The notes below the pieces were generated by a model, which worked only from the letters and a program-made list of their open reading frames with translations, searched no databases and was not told where the DNA came from. The translations under genes and the position numbers were made by a program. From Clostridiales bacterium (GTDB taxonomy: Bacteria; Bacillota; Clostridia; Christensenellales; JAISNN01), in the NCBI GenBank assembly GCA_031276195.1, contig JAISNN010000053.1, positions 38,896 to 102,895 on the forward strand: 64,000 nt of DNA. Reading direction: 5' to 3'. Position 1 is the first letter of the stretch; each line of letters opens with the position of its first letter. This document shows positions 1 to 10,193 of the stretch, piece after piece.

Positions 1-285
1 CATAAAAAGTTTATCTCCCGCGCCCTCTTTCAAAGACTTTCGGTAATTTTTAGTTTTAAAAAACTACGGAAAAAACCCCCTCTCTCAAAATGAGGAAGGA
101 GTTTTTTCAATCCATTGACGTTTCAAGCGTTTTGCCGGCTCTTTTGTTTTTCTTTAATTCTCAATTAATCTTTCGTCGTCTTTTTTAGTTTTTGTTTAAT
201 CCTTATCGACGGCTTACTAACTTTTTTAATTTTCGCTCTCTTACCGACGGTTATTAACCCTTTGTTTTTGTTTTTTCCTTAACGC

Positions 286-3200
286 TTAACCGATATCGTC
301 GAAAGCCTCTTTCGTTACTCCGTATACCACCGTACACCCGCTCCAATTCCAATCGCTTGCCCAACTTGATTTTATCTCGTTCTCGCTCGCTTCCGTATAA
401 ACCGTCAAGTTATCCTTGCAATCCCGGAAAGCGAAACCCTCGACTTTGGTTACGGTTTTCGGAATATAGATTTTCGTTAAAGAGGTGCAACCCGTGAACG
501 TATTACCGTAGATTGTCGTTACTTTGCTCGGAATATTGATTTCCGTCAACCCCGAACAACTGTGGAACGCGCCGCCGCTGTTCGCGCCGCTTCCGATCTC
601 CGTTACGCTCTCGGGAAGAGTGATTTTCGTCAAACTTTTACAGCCGCTGAACGCCGCGTTACCGATCGTCGTTACGCCGTCCGGAATATTGATCTCCGCC
701 AAGTTCGAACAACCGATAAACGCCTGCTCTCCGATCTCCGTTACTTTTTCGGGAAGCGCGATTTCCGTCAAACTTTTACAGCCGCTGAACGCGCCGTATT
801 CGATTACCGTTACGCTTTCGGGAATTGTGATTTTCTCCAAACTTTCACATCCCGTGAACATACCTCTGTCCACTTGCGTTCTGCCCTCTTCAATTATGAC
901 TTCTTTCAAGTTTTTGCAGCCGCCGAACACGTGCGTTTCGAATTCGACGTCTTTCGGGATCGTGATTTTCTTCAAACCGTCGCATCCCCCGAAAGCCGAC
1001 GCTCCGATCGTCTTTACGCCGTTTGGAATTGCGAATTCTTTCAAGCCCGCGCCGTGGAACGCGTTTTCTCCGATCGTCGTTACGCCGTCGGGAAGACTGA
1101 TTTCCGTCAGACCCGAACAACCGTAGAACGCATACTTTCCGATTTCGGTTATGCCGCCGGAAATTTCAACATTTGTCAAACTCCCGCAGTTATAGAAAGT
1201 GTAGTCCTCGATTTTCGTCATTCCGTCGGGAATTTTGATATCGGTCGTCAAACTCTTGCAATCCTTGAACGCCTTTTCCCCGATCGACGTTATATTGTCT
1301 TTAATGTCGATCGTTTTCAAATCCGTACAGCCCTCGAACACGCTCGCGGCGATTGCCGTTACTTTTTCGGGGATTGTGATGCTCTCCAAACTCACGCAGT
1401 TCATAAACGCGGCGGGTTGGATATCCGCGACGCTATCCGGGATATTTATTTCCTTTAAATTTTTACAGTCATAGAACGCCGAACTTCCGATTGACGTTAC
1501 TTCGCCTGAAATTACGACCTTCGTCAAGCCCGTACAGCCAAGGAACATGGCGGGGCTGATTACCGTTACCGCGCTCGGGATTGTGATTTCCGTCAAGCCC
1601 GTGCAGAAACCGAACGCGATAACGCCGATCGACTCTACGCCGTCGGGGATTACGATCTTTGTCAAGCCCGCGCAGCCGTAGAACGTATTGTTCTTGATTT
1701 CGGTTACGCCTTTCGGAATATTAATTTCTTTCAAGCCCACGCAGCCGTTAAAAGCGTTTCCACCGATTGCCGTTACGCTGTCCGGAATGTCGAGCGCGGT
1801 CAAGCCCTCGCAGCCCCAAAACGCGCCCTCTCCGATCGACTTTACGCCGTTGGGGATTATGATCTTCGTCAAGCCCGCGCAGCCTTTGAAAGTATTGTCG
1901 CCGATTGCCGTCGCGCCGTCCGGAATTTTGATCTCCGTCGTCAAGCCCGCGCAGTCGTTGAACGCGCCCTCTCCGATTTCGGTTAAGTTTTTAGAGAGAT
2001 CGACCGACTCCAATTTCGCGCAGCCGTTGAAAGCGTAATTCCCGATTTTTTCCGCGCCGCCGTTGATATTGACCGATTTCAATTCGGAGCAATAGGAGAA
2101 CGCTTCCTCGCCGATTTTTTCCGCGCCGCCGGGAATGTCGACCGTCTTTAAACTCGTGTTAAAATAGAACGCTTTCTTGCCGATTTCGACCGCGCCGCCC
2201 TCGATTGTAATTTGCTCTAATTTTGGGCAGTTAGCGAACGCCTCCTCGCCGATCGTTCCCGCGTTCCCGTGAATTGCGACCGCCGTCAAGTCCGTTGTTA
2301 TATAGAACGCTTGATGTCCGATTTCACCTACGTTTCCGAAAATCTCAACCGTCGTCAAGCCCGTGCAAAAGGCGAACGCGCTCGCGCCGATTCTGTTCTT
2401 ATCGCCGTAAATCACGACCTTTTTTAAGCCGCCGTTATAGAAGGTAAAGTCCTTAATTTCCTTCACGCTTTCGGGAATTTCGATCGAAGTAACGTCTTTT
2501 CTGTGTCCAAAACTAACGTCGTCTATTCCCGTTACGGGCTTGCCCAAATATACCGCCGGGATAATTATATCTCCCCCCTCGCCGCCGCAATACATAACGT
2601 ATCCGTTTCCGTCCTCCGATTCGATATAGGGCAATAACGTAAAGTTAATGCTTGCGACCGCCTCCTCCATACTTTCAAGCGCGGTGTTATAAGCCGTTTC
2701 GATCGCGTCCGAACTATCCGCCGCCTCGATATTCGCGATACCTCTTGCGTGAGCCGCGTTCAACGCGTTAAGCGCGGACTGATCGAACCCGATATTCTCC
2801 GTCAGCGACTCGTCATACCGCTCGTTCAGACTCTTTGTATACGCCGCTTTTAGCAAAGCCAGCAATTTCGGCTTTTCCGCATCGACATCGACCGCGATCC
2901 ATTTCGCGGCAAAAATCAGCGTTTCGCCCGACGCGCCGTCCGCGTAGCCTCCGCTCTCGAATTCCCAGCCGCCGAATATGAAACCGTCCTTTGAGGGCGC
3001 GGAAGGATATTTTATTTTCTCTCCCTTTTTGACGGATATTTGATATTTCGCCTCGCCGTCCACGGTAAAGACGACGGTATAACCCTCGTTTTTGATCTTT
3101 TCCTTTTCGTAATAACTTCCGCCCCACGCGCCGGCGGCGAGAGAAATAGCGGCCAAAAGGATCAGCCCGACGAAGGCGGTCAAAATCCTGCCCCCTATCA

Positions 3201-3501
3201 CTCTGCGCGGAAGAATTTGAGTTTTAGTATCCGCCGTTCCCTTGCGTGAAAGAGGTTGAGTTTGAGCGTCCGGTATTCCGCGCGGTTGGACGTCCTCCGT
3301 TCCCCTCCGTTGAAGGGATTGGGGCGAAACAACCGTTTTCGGCGCGGCGGGATCACGCGGCGTAATTTTCGGCGCGGCATACGACGAAGGTTCGGGCGGC
3401 GCATAGACGAAGCCGCGCGAAATCAGACCCTTTACGTTCGGCGCGGTGTTGTAATCTCCTTTGCCGAACGCCGCACGGCTTGACGTATCGATATCTTTCA
3501 T
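286..3501 (-). CDS. BspA-type leucine-rich-repeat surface protein (Pro-rich N-terminal tail, single TM anchor, Listeria/Bacteroides-repeat-like beta domain, long LRR array)
   Basis: 1071-aa ORF. A ~23-aa unit (I.IP.gVt.IG..AF.gC..L) is iterated about 30 times. Hydrophobic anchor ILTAFVGLILLAAISLAAGAW follows a P/K-rich N-terminus. YTVVFTVDGE...GWEF motif precedes the LRRs. Confidence 0.8.
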   Translation of the reverse strand: MKDIDTSSRAAFGKGDYNTAPNVKGLISRGFVYAPPEPSSYAAPKITPRDPAAPKTVVSPQSLQRRGTEDVQPRGIPDAQTQPLSRKGTADTKTQILPRRVIGGRILTAFVGLILLAAISLAAGAWGGSYYEKEKIKNEGYTVVFTVDGEAKYQISVKKGEKIKYPSAPSKDGFIFGGWEFESGGYADGASGETLIFAAKWIAVDVDAEKPKLLALLKAAYTKSLNERYDESLTENIGFDQSALNALNAAHARGIANIEAADSSDAIETAYNTALESMEEAVASINFTLLPYIESEDGNGYVMYCGGEGGDIIIPAVYLGKPVTGIDDVSFGHRKDVTSIEIPESVKEIKDFTFYNGGLKKVVIYGDKNRIGASAFAFCTGLTTVEIFGNVGEIGHQAFYITTDLTAVAIHGNAGTIGEEAFANCPKLEQITIEGGAVEIGKKAFYFNTSLKTVDIPGGAEKIGEEAFSYCSELKSVNINGGAEKIGNYAFNGCAKLESVDLSKNLTEIGEGAFNDCAGLTTEIKIPDGATAIGDNTFKGCAGLTKIIIPNGVKSIGEGAFWGCEGLTALDIPDSVTAIGGNAFNGCVGLKEINIPKGVTEIKNNTFYGCAGLTKIVIPDGVESIGVIAFGFCTGLTEITIPSAVTVISPAMFLGCTGLTKVVISGEVTSIGSSAFYDCKNLKEINIPDSVADIQPAAFMNCVSLESITIPEKVTAIAASVFEGCTDLKTIDIKDNITSIGEKAFKDCKSLTTDIKIPDGMTKIEDYTFYNCGSLTNVEISGGITEIGKYAFYGCSGLTEISLPDGVTTIGENAFHGAGLKEFAIPNGVKTIGASAFGGCDGLKKITIPKDVEFETHVFGGCKNLKEVIIEEGRTQVDRGMFTGCESLEKITIPESVTVIEYGAFSGCKSLTEIALPEKVTEIGEQAFIGCSNLAEINIPDGVTTIGNAAFSGCKSLTKITLPESVTEIGSGANSGGAFHSCSGLTEINIPSKVTTIYGNTFTGCTSLTKIYIPKTVTKVEGFAFRDCKDNLTVYTEASENEIKSSWASDWNWSGCTVVYGVTKEAFDDIG

Positions 3502-3527
3502 ATTAAAATCTCCTGTTTATGATATTG

Positions 3528-3776
3528 TTATAAATTTTGTATAAGGACAGCCCTCACTCTCCAAACCTTTTTTGCAATTTTGTATGAGGTATTGTCCGCG
3601 TAAGATTTAAGCCGCCGTATTTACGCTTTTTCGGACATCCCCCCGCGTCCCAAACCTTTTTTTGTAATTTTGTATGAGGTATTGCCCGCGTAAGATTTAA
3701 GCCGCCGTATTTACGCTTTTTCGGACATCCCCCCCGCGTCCCAAACATTTTTTTGTAATTTTGTATAAGGATAGCC
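3528..3776. repeat. ~88-bp tandem direct repeat (about 2.5 copies) upstream of the LRR gene
   Basis: CCAAACCTTTTTTGYAATTTTGTATGAGGTATTGYCCGCGTAAGATTTAAGCCGCCGTATTTACGCTTTTTCGGACATCCCCCC is read twice in full, with partial copies on both sides. Confidence 0.85.
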
Positions 3777-3882
3777 TTTCAACCTTTATTTTACCTTTGT
3801 TTTTCAATTTTGAAAGCGAAACGGTATTAAGACTATCCTTGACAAACCTTTTACTTTGTTACTATGATTGAACGCCGTCCGT

Positions 3883-6800
3883 TTACCACAACGTCGGAAC
3901 TCCTCCCACATCGCGCCAACAACCCGCCTTTTCGATATCGGAATAATAATATATATTGCCGGTAAAGCCGTTGTTCCAATTAGCGTTCCACCCGTCGGAC
4001 GAACCCTTAATGTAAATCGTCAAATTGTCGCAAGCCCAAAACGCTTCGACTCCGATTTTCGTTACGCTCTCTGGAATTATGATCTCCGTCAACGCTACGC
4101 AATTCGAGAACGCATAATTTCCGATTTCATCCAAACCTTCGGCAAGATTGACCGTCGTTAAAGAGGTACAGCCCCAGAACGCCGAGATCCAAATATATTC
4201 TACGCTTTGCGGAATCGTGATCTCCTCCTTCAACGCCGTACAACCATAGAACGCATACGCCCAAATCTCTTCAACGCCGTCGGCAATAGTAACCGATGAC
4301 AAATTAGTGCAATTCTCAAACGCGCTTGATCCGACTATTTTTACTGTGGAGGGAATTAGAATCTCCGTCAATCCTTTTTGACCATAGAACGCGAAATCAC
4401 CAATTTTCGTTACGCCGTTCGGAATTATAAAATCGTTCGCCTTTGTTTCGGGACAGAATATCAGTTCAGTTTTTGCTTTGTTATACAAAACTCCGTCCTC
4501 GGACGCATAGTAATTATTGTTTATGTCAACGTTAATACTATCCGCTCCGCAGCCGCCGAACGCGCCATACGAAATATTCGTTACTCCGCTGTGTATGTCG
4601 ATTGCCGTCAAGTTTTCACAGCCCCTGAACGCCCATGACCAAATATATGTTACGCCGCTCGGTATTGCAAAACGATCCGCCCTCTTTCCCGCGGGATAGC
4701 ATATCAGTTCGGTTTTTGCTTTGTTATACAAAACTCCGTCTTCGGACGCATATTTTGGGTTCTCTTTGTCAACGGTAACGCTTTCTAACGAAGCGCAATC
4801 CGTAAACACGCGATTCCCGATTGCCGTTACGCCCTTATGGATCGTGATCGAAGTCAAACTCTTGCAACCCTCGAACGTTGAGAAAGGAATTGCCGTTACA
4901 CCGTCGGGTATTTTTGTGACCGAAGTCAATTTTTCGCAGCCGTAGAACGCATTTCCGTTTCCGCCGAGTGTCGTCAAACCTTCGGGAAGATTGATCGTCG
5001 TCAATTCCTTGCATTCGTAAAACGCGCGCGTTTCAATCTTTGTCAAACTTTCCGGAAGAGTAACGGTTTGCAACGCCGCGCAACCCTCAAACGCCCCGTT
5101 GTGTATTCTCTCTATGCCTTCGGAAATTATTACCGTCTTTAAATTCGTACAATTCTTAAACGCGTTGTCCCAAACCGTCCCCGGTCCGCCGTCTCTGTAT
5201 GAACCTACGATTCCCGGAATTGTGATAGATTCCAATTTTGAACAGCCAAAGAACGCTTCCTTATTGATTCTGTCCAAGCCTTTTGACAGTTTGACCTCCG
5301 CTAAACTTACGCAATACTTAAATGCGTAATACCCGAGTTCGGTTACGCTGTCGGGAATTACGATCGCCTCCAATTTTGAACAACCGTAAAACGCGCTCGC
5401 GCCGATTTTTTCCAAACCGTCGGCTATATTCACCGTCGTCAACTCATAGCAATACCTAAACGCGCCCTCCCCGATCGTTTCCGCGCCTAATATATCGGCT
5501 TTCGCCAACGTTATGCAATACTCGAACGCGAGATCCCCGATGGTTTTCACGCTTTTCGGGATTGCGATCGATTTCAATTCCAAGCAATTCCAAAACGCCT
5601 CTTTCCCGATCGTTTCCAACCCTTCGGAAAGATTGACCGCCGTCAAGCCCTCGCAATACTCGAACGCGTAATTCCCGATCTCTTTTACGCTTTCCGGAAT
5701 TGTAATAGATCCCAAATTCAAGCAATTCCAAAACGCGTTCGCGCCGATTGTTTCCACGCCGAAAGGAATTTCAACGGACGTAATATCCGCGTTCAAAAAT
5801 CCTCCGTCCGCGATTTTCACAACCTTTTTGCCCTTGTAGAGCGCGGGGATTATAATCTTTGTATCAACCGCGCTTCCGTAAGAAACCTCATAGCCGCCCG
5901 CGACCTCCGTATATGCCAGCCCGTCGGAGAATACGCTTTGAACCGCCTCCATTTCCGCGACCGCAGCGTCCGCCGCCGCCATTAATTCGTCGAGCACCGT
6001 TTCGCCGTACGCGTCCGCCCCGTCTATATATTTTACCGCCGCTTCAAAAATCGCCGTCAACGACGCCAACTCCGTCTCGGTATAACTCCCGTCCCCGATT
6101 AATTCGTCGTATTTATCTTGCAATATCGCTTTCATCTGCGCTTTGACCAAACTAACTCTCGCCGAATTATCCTTGACCCAAACCGCTTCCAGCGTCAAAT
6201 CTCCCTTCACCTTGCCGTCGGCAAGCGGCGCGCCGCTCACGAAGACCCAGCCGTCGAATATAAAGCCGTCTTTGGCGGGATCGGCGGCGGGATATTCTAT
6301 TTCCGCGCCGTTTTTGATTTTCGCCGTATAATATTCCGCTCCGTCGACCGTAAAGACGACGGTATATTCCGCGTTTTTAATCTTTTCACTCTCTATGTAG
6401 TTTCCGATCAACGCGCCCGATACCATAGAAATAAATACCAAAAGGATCAAACCCGTCAAGACCGACGCCGCCTTTACTTTTTTTCCGAACTCCGCCGGAT
6501 CAAACGGCTTTTTAGGTTTTTTAGGCTTAATCGGCTTAATAGGCTTTTCGGCGGCCGCAAGTTTCGGCGCGCTTTGCGTAGACTTAGCCGCGCTTTGCGT
6601 GGGCTTAGCCGCTTTCGGCGCGGAATTCAATTCGGCTTTCGGTTCCGCTTTCGGCGCGGCTTCCGCTGGTTTCGGCGCGGCCAAATCCCGCGAAACGGTC
6701 TTCGGCGGCGCGGCTTTCGGCGGCGCGTAGGACGACGGTACGGATTTCGTATATACTAAATTACTCCCGACCGCCGAAGGGATTTCCACGCCGTTCGTCG

Positions 6801-6957
6801 CATACGCCCCCCTCGGCGCGACTTTCGGCGGCGCGTAGGACGACGGCGCGGGTTTCGTATAGACGACTCCGCGCGATATTAATCTTTGGGCGTTCGGCGC
6901 GGCGTTGTACCCGCCGGGTTTAACAACCGCTTTACGCTCCGTGATCGAGTTTTCCAT
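3883..6957 (-). CDS. BspA-type leucine-rich-repeat surface protein, paralog of 286..3501
   Basis: 1024-aa ORF with the same architecture: P/A/K-rich N-terminus, TM segment VLTGLILLVFISMVSGALIG, YTVVFTVDG beta domain, then an LRR array. Confidence 0.8.
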   Translation of the reverse strand: MENSITERKAVVKPGGYNAAPNAQRLISRGVVYTKPAPSSYAPPKVAPRGAYATNGVEIPSAVGSNLVYTKSVPSSYAPPKAAPPKTVSRDLAAPKPAEAAPKAEPKAELNSAPKAAKPTQSAAKSTQSAPKLAAAEKPIKPIKPKKPKKPFDPAEFGKKVKAASVLTGLILLVFISMVSGALIGNYIESEKIKNAEYTVVFTVDGAEYYTAKIKNGAEIEYPAADPAKDGFIFDGWVFVSGAPLADGKVKGDLTLEAVWVKDNSARVSLVKAQMKAILQDKYDELIGDGSYTETELASLTAIFEAAVKYIDGADAYGETVLDELMAAADAAVAEMEAVQSVFSDGLAYTEVAGGYEVSYGSAVDTKIIIPALYKGKKVVKIADGGFLNADITSVEIPFGVETIGANAFWNCLNLGSITIPESVKEIGNYAFEYCEGLTAVNLSEGLETIGKEAFWNCLELKSIAIPKSVKTIGDLAFEYCITLAKADILGAETIGEGAFRYCYELTTVNIADGLEKIGASAFYGCSKLEAIVIPDSVTELGYYAFKYCVSLAEVKLSKGLDRINKEAFFGCSKLESITIPGIVGSYRDGGPGTVWDNAFKNCTNLKTVIISEGIERIHNGAFEGCAALQTVTLPESLTKIETRAFYECKELTTINLPEGLTTLGGNGNAFYGCEKLTSVTKIPDGVTAIPFSTFEGCKSLTSITIHKGVTAIGNRVFTDCASLESVTVDKENPKYASEDGVLYNKAKTELICYPAGKRADRFAIPSGVTYIWSWAFRGCENLTAIDIHSGVTNISYGAFGGCGADSINVDINNNYYASEDGVLYNKAKTELIFCPETKANDFIIPNGVTKIGDFAFYGQKGLTEILIPSTVKIVGSSAFENCTNLSSVTIADGVEEIWAYAFYGCTALKEEITIPQSVEYIWISAFWGCTSLTTVNLAEGLDEIGNYAFSNCVALTEIIIPESVTKIGVEAFWACDNLTIYIKGSSDGWNANWNNGFTGNIYYYSDIEKAGCWRDVGGVPTLW

Positions 6958-6998
6958 AAATTGATCTCCTTTTCCTTTATTTTTTAATTAACTGTTTC

Positions 6999-7400
6999 TT
7001 GCCGTATTACCTTTTTCCGTTTATCTTTTCGTTTTTCGGCTTATTTTTTCCTAATCGTTTTTCCGTCGTATTATCTTTTTCCCCTTTGTTTTTTGTTTTT
7101 GGTTTATTTTTTCCTAATCGTTTTTATATCGTATTACCTTTTTCCGTTTGTCTTTTTGTTTTTCGGCTTATTTTTTCCTAATCGTTTTTCCGTCGTATTA
7201 TCTTTTTCCCCTTTGTTTTTTGTTTTTGGTTTATTTTTTCCTTAATCGTTTTTCCGTCGTATTATCTTTTTCCCCTTTGTTTTTTGTTTTTCGGTTTATT
7301 TTTTCCTTAATCGTTTTTCCGTCGTATTATCTTTTTCCGTTTGTTTTTTTGTTTTTCGGTTTATTTTTTCCTAATCGTTTCTTATTGTATAATCTTTTTG
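6999..7400. repeat. T-rich tandem repeat, unit ~60-65 bp, about 6 copies
   Basis: CGTATTATCTTTTTCCCCTTTGTTTTTTGTTTTTGGTTTATTTTTTCCTAATCGTTTTTCCGT is reiterated with small variations. The ORFs called here are low-complexity artefacts. Confidence 0.85.
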
Positions 7401-7530
7401 CTCTTTGCTTTTTCATTTTTTACGCTTGTTTATCCACGATTAACCGCTTACTTTTCTATCGTTCCGCCTTTTATATTTATCAATTTTTCGTTTAATTTTT
7501 TCACGTTTTTCCGCCTTTTTTGCGGATAGT

Positions 7531-7586
7531 AAAAAACAGCCGCCTACGCCTCGAAATTAGCCGATTTCAAGGCGTAAGCAACTGTT
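7531..7586 (-). terminator. Rho-independent terminator about 340 nt downstream of the recG stop
   Basis: 16-bp imperfect stem AACAGCCGCCTACGCC / GGCGTAAGCAACTGTT. It is followed on the minus strand by U6 (plus-strand A6 at 7531-7536). Confidence 0.6.
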
Positions 7587-7928
7587 TTGAGATTTTTTAT
7601 AAAACTTTTTCGTAGCCGAAAAAGACCCCTTTAAGGAGCAAAAATGCCCCCCCCCCGTATGACATCTGTTATATCAAAACCGACCTTTTTTACAAAACTT
7701 TCCCTCGTCATATATAAACACTCTCTCTTTTATATAGTCTTTCATAGTTCATTATATCACAGATTTTACAGTTTGTAAATAGAAATTTTAAAATTTTTTC
7801 AGTTTTTTTAAGTTGTCAAAAATTGTTAAAAAAGAAAGAATTAAGAGAATGAGAATATAAGAATGAAAATATAAATATAAAATAACGCGTGAGAAAACTT
7901 TCAATAATTTTTATTAAAAAACATCCTC

Positions 7929-10193
7929 CTACATCGGAACGGTATTTTTTATTATATTATAATATTTTTGGTAGTTCATTCTGCGGAACGCTTTTTCCGT
8001 TTCCCCGTTCAACGGAATTCTTTCGGCGGTTTTTTTTGCGGCGGCGATCAATTCCTTATCGATTTCGATAATATAATCGTTCAAGACCTCGAAGCCCCCG
8101 CTCTGGCGTTCCCCGAGAAAATTACCGCCGCCGCGAAGTTCAAAATCCTTTTCGGCGACGCGGAAGCCGTCCGAAAATTCGGTCAATACGCGCAGCCTTT
8201 CGCACCCGTCCCTCGCCGTATGCAAAAAACAATACGCCTTTTCGCTCCCTCTGCCCACGCGCCCTCTCAACTGATGCAGAGTGGCGAGTCCGTAGCGGTC
8301 GGCGTTCATAACCGCCATAACGTTAGCGTTTTTGACGTCGATTCCGACCTCGATGACGGTGGTGCTGATCAAAACCTTTATCTCGCCGCTTTGAAATCCG
8401 TTCATAATCCTTTCTTTTTCGGCTTTTTCCGTCTTTCCGTGGAGGAGGGCGGCGTTTACATCCTTAAAAATCCCTTCTTTCAATTCCTTATACAACGCCT
8501 TTACGGTATCGGTTTCGATTCCCTCCGCATCCTCGATTCTCGCGGCGACGATATACGCCTGTCCGCCCGCCGCGGCTTGTTTTCTTATGTATTCAAACAT
8601 ATCGTTCCGTTTTTTCGCGGGGACGATTCTTGTCGCGATTATCTCGTCGATTTTGCTCCGCCGTTCGATCGTCGAAACGTCGAGTTCGCCCAAAAGAGCC
8701 AGCGACAGCGCGCGCGGAATGGGCGTCGCGCTCATCGTCAAAACGTCGGCGGCGCGGCTTTTTTCTTTTAAGGCGTTTTTTTCCGAAACGCCGAATTTGT
8801 GCTGCTCGTCGACTATGATAAGCCCGGGATTTTTATACCTCACGCCCTCCGAAAAAAGCGAATGCGTGCCGATTACGATATCCGCGCTCCCGTCCTCCAA
8901 GGCTCTCAGCGCGTCTTTTTTTTCGGCGGGCGCGCAAGAGGCGGCGAGAAATTTCACGGAAAGCCTCAGCGGCGCGAAAATCTCCGAAGCCGTCTTATAA
9001 TGCTGTCTTGCGAGCAGTTCCGTGGGAGCCAAAAACGCCGTTTGCATACCGGACTTCGCGGCGAAATACGCGGCGGCGAACGCGACGGCCGTCTTTCCCG
9101 AACCAACGTCGCCCATAAGGATTCTGTTCATATAGGTTCGCGACGTCATATCGGAGAGGATTTCGCCTATCGCGGTTTTCTGGGAATCGGTCAGAGAGAA
9201 CGGCAGCGCGGCAAAATAATCTTTCATAACGTCCGTTGAGGCTTGCTTGCCGCCGTTTCGCGGTTCTTTCGCTTCTTTCAGGAGTTTGTAGGTGAAAATC
9301 AACTTGACGAAATCCTCAAACGCAAGCCGCCGCTGCGCCGAATACGCCTCGTCGATATCACGCGGAAAATGCGCTTTTTTGTACGCCTCGTCAAGCGTCA
9401 TCTTTGTTTCGGAATTTTCTTTTCCGGTATCGCTTAAAGATTTTATTTTTCCGTACGCTTCGCTTGCCGTAATGTTCTTTTCCGTATTTTCTTTTCCGGT
9501 ATCGTTTTCGTACGCTTCGCTTGCCGCAATATTCTTTTCCGTGTTTTCTTTTCCGGTATCGTTTCCGCACGCTTCGCTTGCCGCAATATTCTTTTCCGTA
9601 TTTTCTTTTCCCGCGCCGCTTAAAAGGCTTTCCGTTTTATATGCCGTATCGATCGCGTTATCCCTCTCCGCATACTCCGAAATGCCCTCGAAACGGCAAA
9701 ATTCCAAAGCGGTTCTCAAAAATTTCCGCATCGCCCCTTGCGGAATAAGCCCCTTCGTCCTATAAATCGGCATAATTCCCGTCAAGGCTTTCGGTTCGTC
9801 CGCGCTCTCGAAAACGGGATTCGTCAAGGCTAATTTTCCGTCCAAGTCCGCGGCTTTCCCGAAAAAATTATATTCGCCCGTCTTGATCTTGTCCTTTATA
9901 TACGGCCGGTTAAACCAAAAAGCGGACAAAACGACACGCTTGTCCCCTTCTCCGCTCACGACTTTCAAAACCGCTTTCACAACCCTTTTCCTTGGATTAA
10001 ACTCCGTTTTTTCGACCTCCGCTTTGACGAAAATGTACCGCCCCGCGCCGATCTCGTCCGTCTTAGTATGACTTCTGAAATCTATATACCCGCTCGGTAA
10101 AAAATTCGCCAAATCGTCTACGGAAAAAACGCCCAAAAGGTTTAGTTTTTCGCGGTAGGCGTTCCCTATTCCTTTTATATCGGTAAGCCGCAT
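7929..10193 (-). CDS. recG: ATP-dependent DNA helicase RecG (carries an in-frame repeat insertion)
   Basis: Walker A GDVGSGKT, DEQHKFG (DEAH-type box), SATPIPR motif and an N-terminal wedge-like region. Synteny with yloV/asp23. Confidence 0.9.
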   Translation of the reverse strand: MRLTDIKGIGNAYREKLNLLGVFSVDDLANFLPSGYIDFRSHTKTDEIGAGRYIFVKAEVEKTEFNPRKRVVKAVLKVVSGEGDKRVVLSAFWFNRPYIKDKIKTGEYNFFGKAADLDGKLALTNPVFESADEPKALTGIMPIYRTKGLIPQGAMRKFLRTALEFCRFEGISEYAERDNAIDTAYKTESLLSGAGKENTEKNIAASEACGNDTGKENTEKNIAASEAYENDTGKENTEKNITASEAYGKIKSLSDTGKENSETKMTLDEAYKKAHFPRDIDEAYSAQRRLAFEDFVKLIFTYKLLKEAKEPRNGGKQASTDVMKDYFAALPFSLTDSQKTAIGEILSDMTSRTYMNRILMGDVGSGKTAVAFAAAYFAAKSGMQTAFLAPTELLARQHYKTASEIFAPLRLSVKFLAASCAPAEKKDALRALEDGSADIVIGTHSLFSEGVRYKNPGLIIVDEQHKFGVSEKNALKEKSRAADVLTMSATPIPRALSLALLGELDVSTIERRSKIDEIIATRIVPAKKRNDMFEYIRKQAAAGGQAYIVAARIEDAEGIETDTVKALYKELKEGIFKDVNAALLHGKTEKAEKERIMNGFQSGEIKVLISTTVIEVGIDVKNANVMAVMNADRYGLATLHQLRGRVGRGSEKAYCFLHTARDGCERLRVLTEFSDGFRVAEKDFELRGGGNFLGERQSGGFEVLNDYIIEIDKELIAAAKKTAERIPLNGETEKAFRRMNYQKYYNIIKNTVPM
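9400..9625 (-). repeat. In-frame ~57-nt tandem repeat inside recG (TGKENTEKNIAASEAYxND, about 4 copies)
   Basis: The peptide unit GKENTEKNI(A/T)ASEA is read four times between the wedge region and the helicase core. The DNA unit is visibly reiterated. Confidence 0.85.

Noticed and set aside
524-2038. Long antisense and alternative-frame ORFs inside the LRR genes (e.g. 524..1126, 562..1458, 1688..2038; also 4378..5329)
   Set aside because: They mirror the periodic LRR DNA, have a repetitive low-complexity composition and lie entirely within much longer, motif-supported ORFs on the other strand.
6999-7529. ORFs of 60-115 aa in the T-rich tandem repeat (F/L/S-rich peptides)
   Set aside because: They are products of the repeat periodicity. 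There is no RBS and no plausible protein composition.
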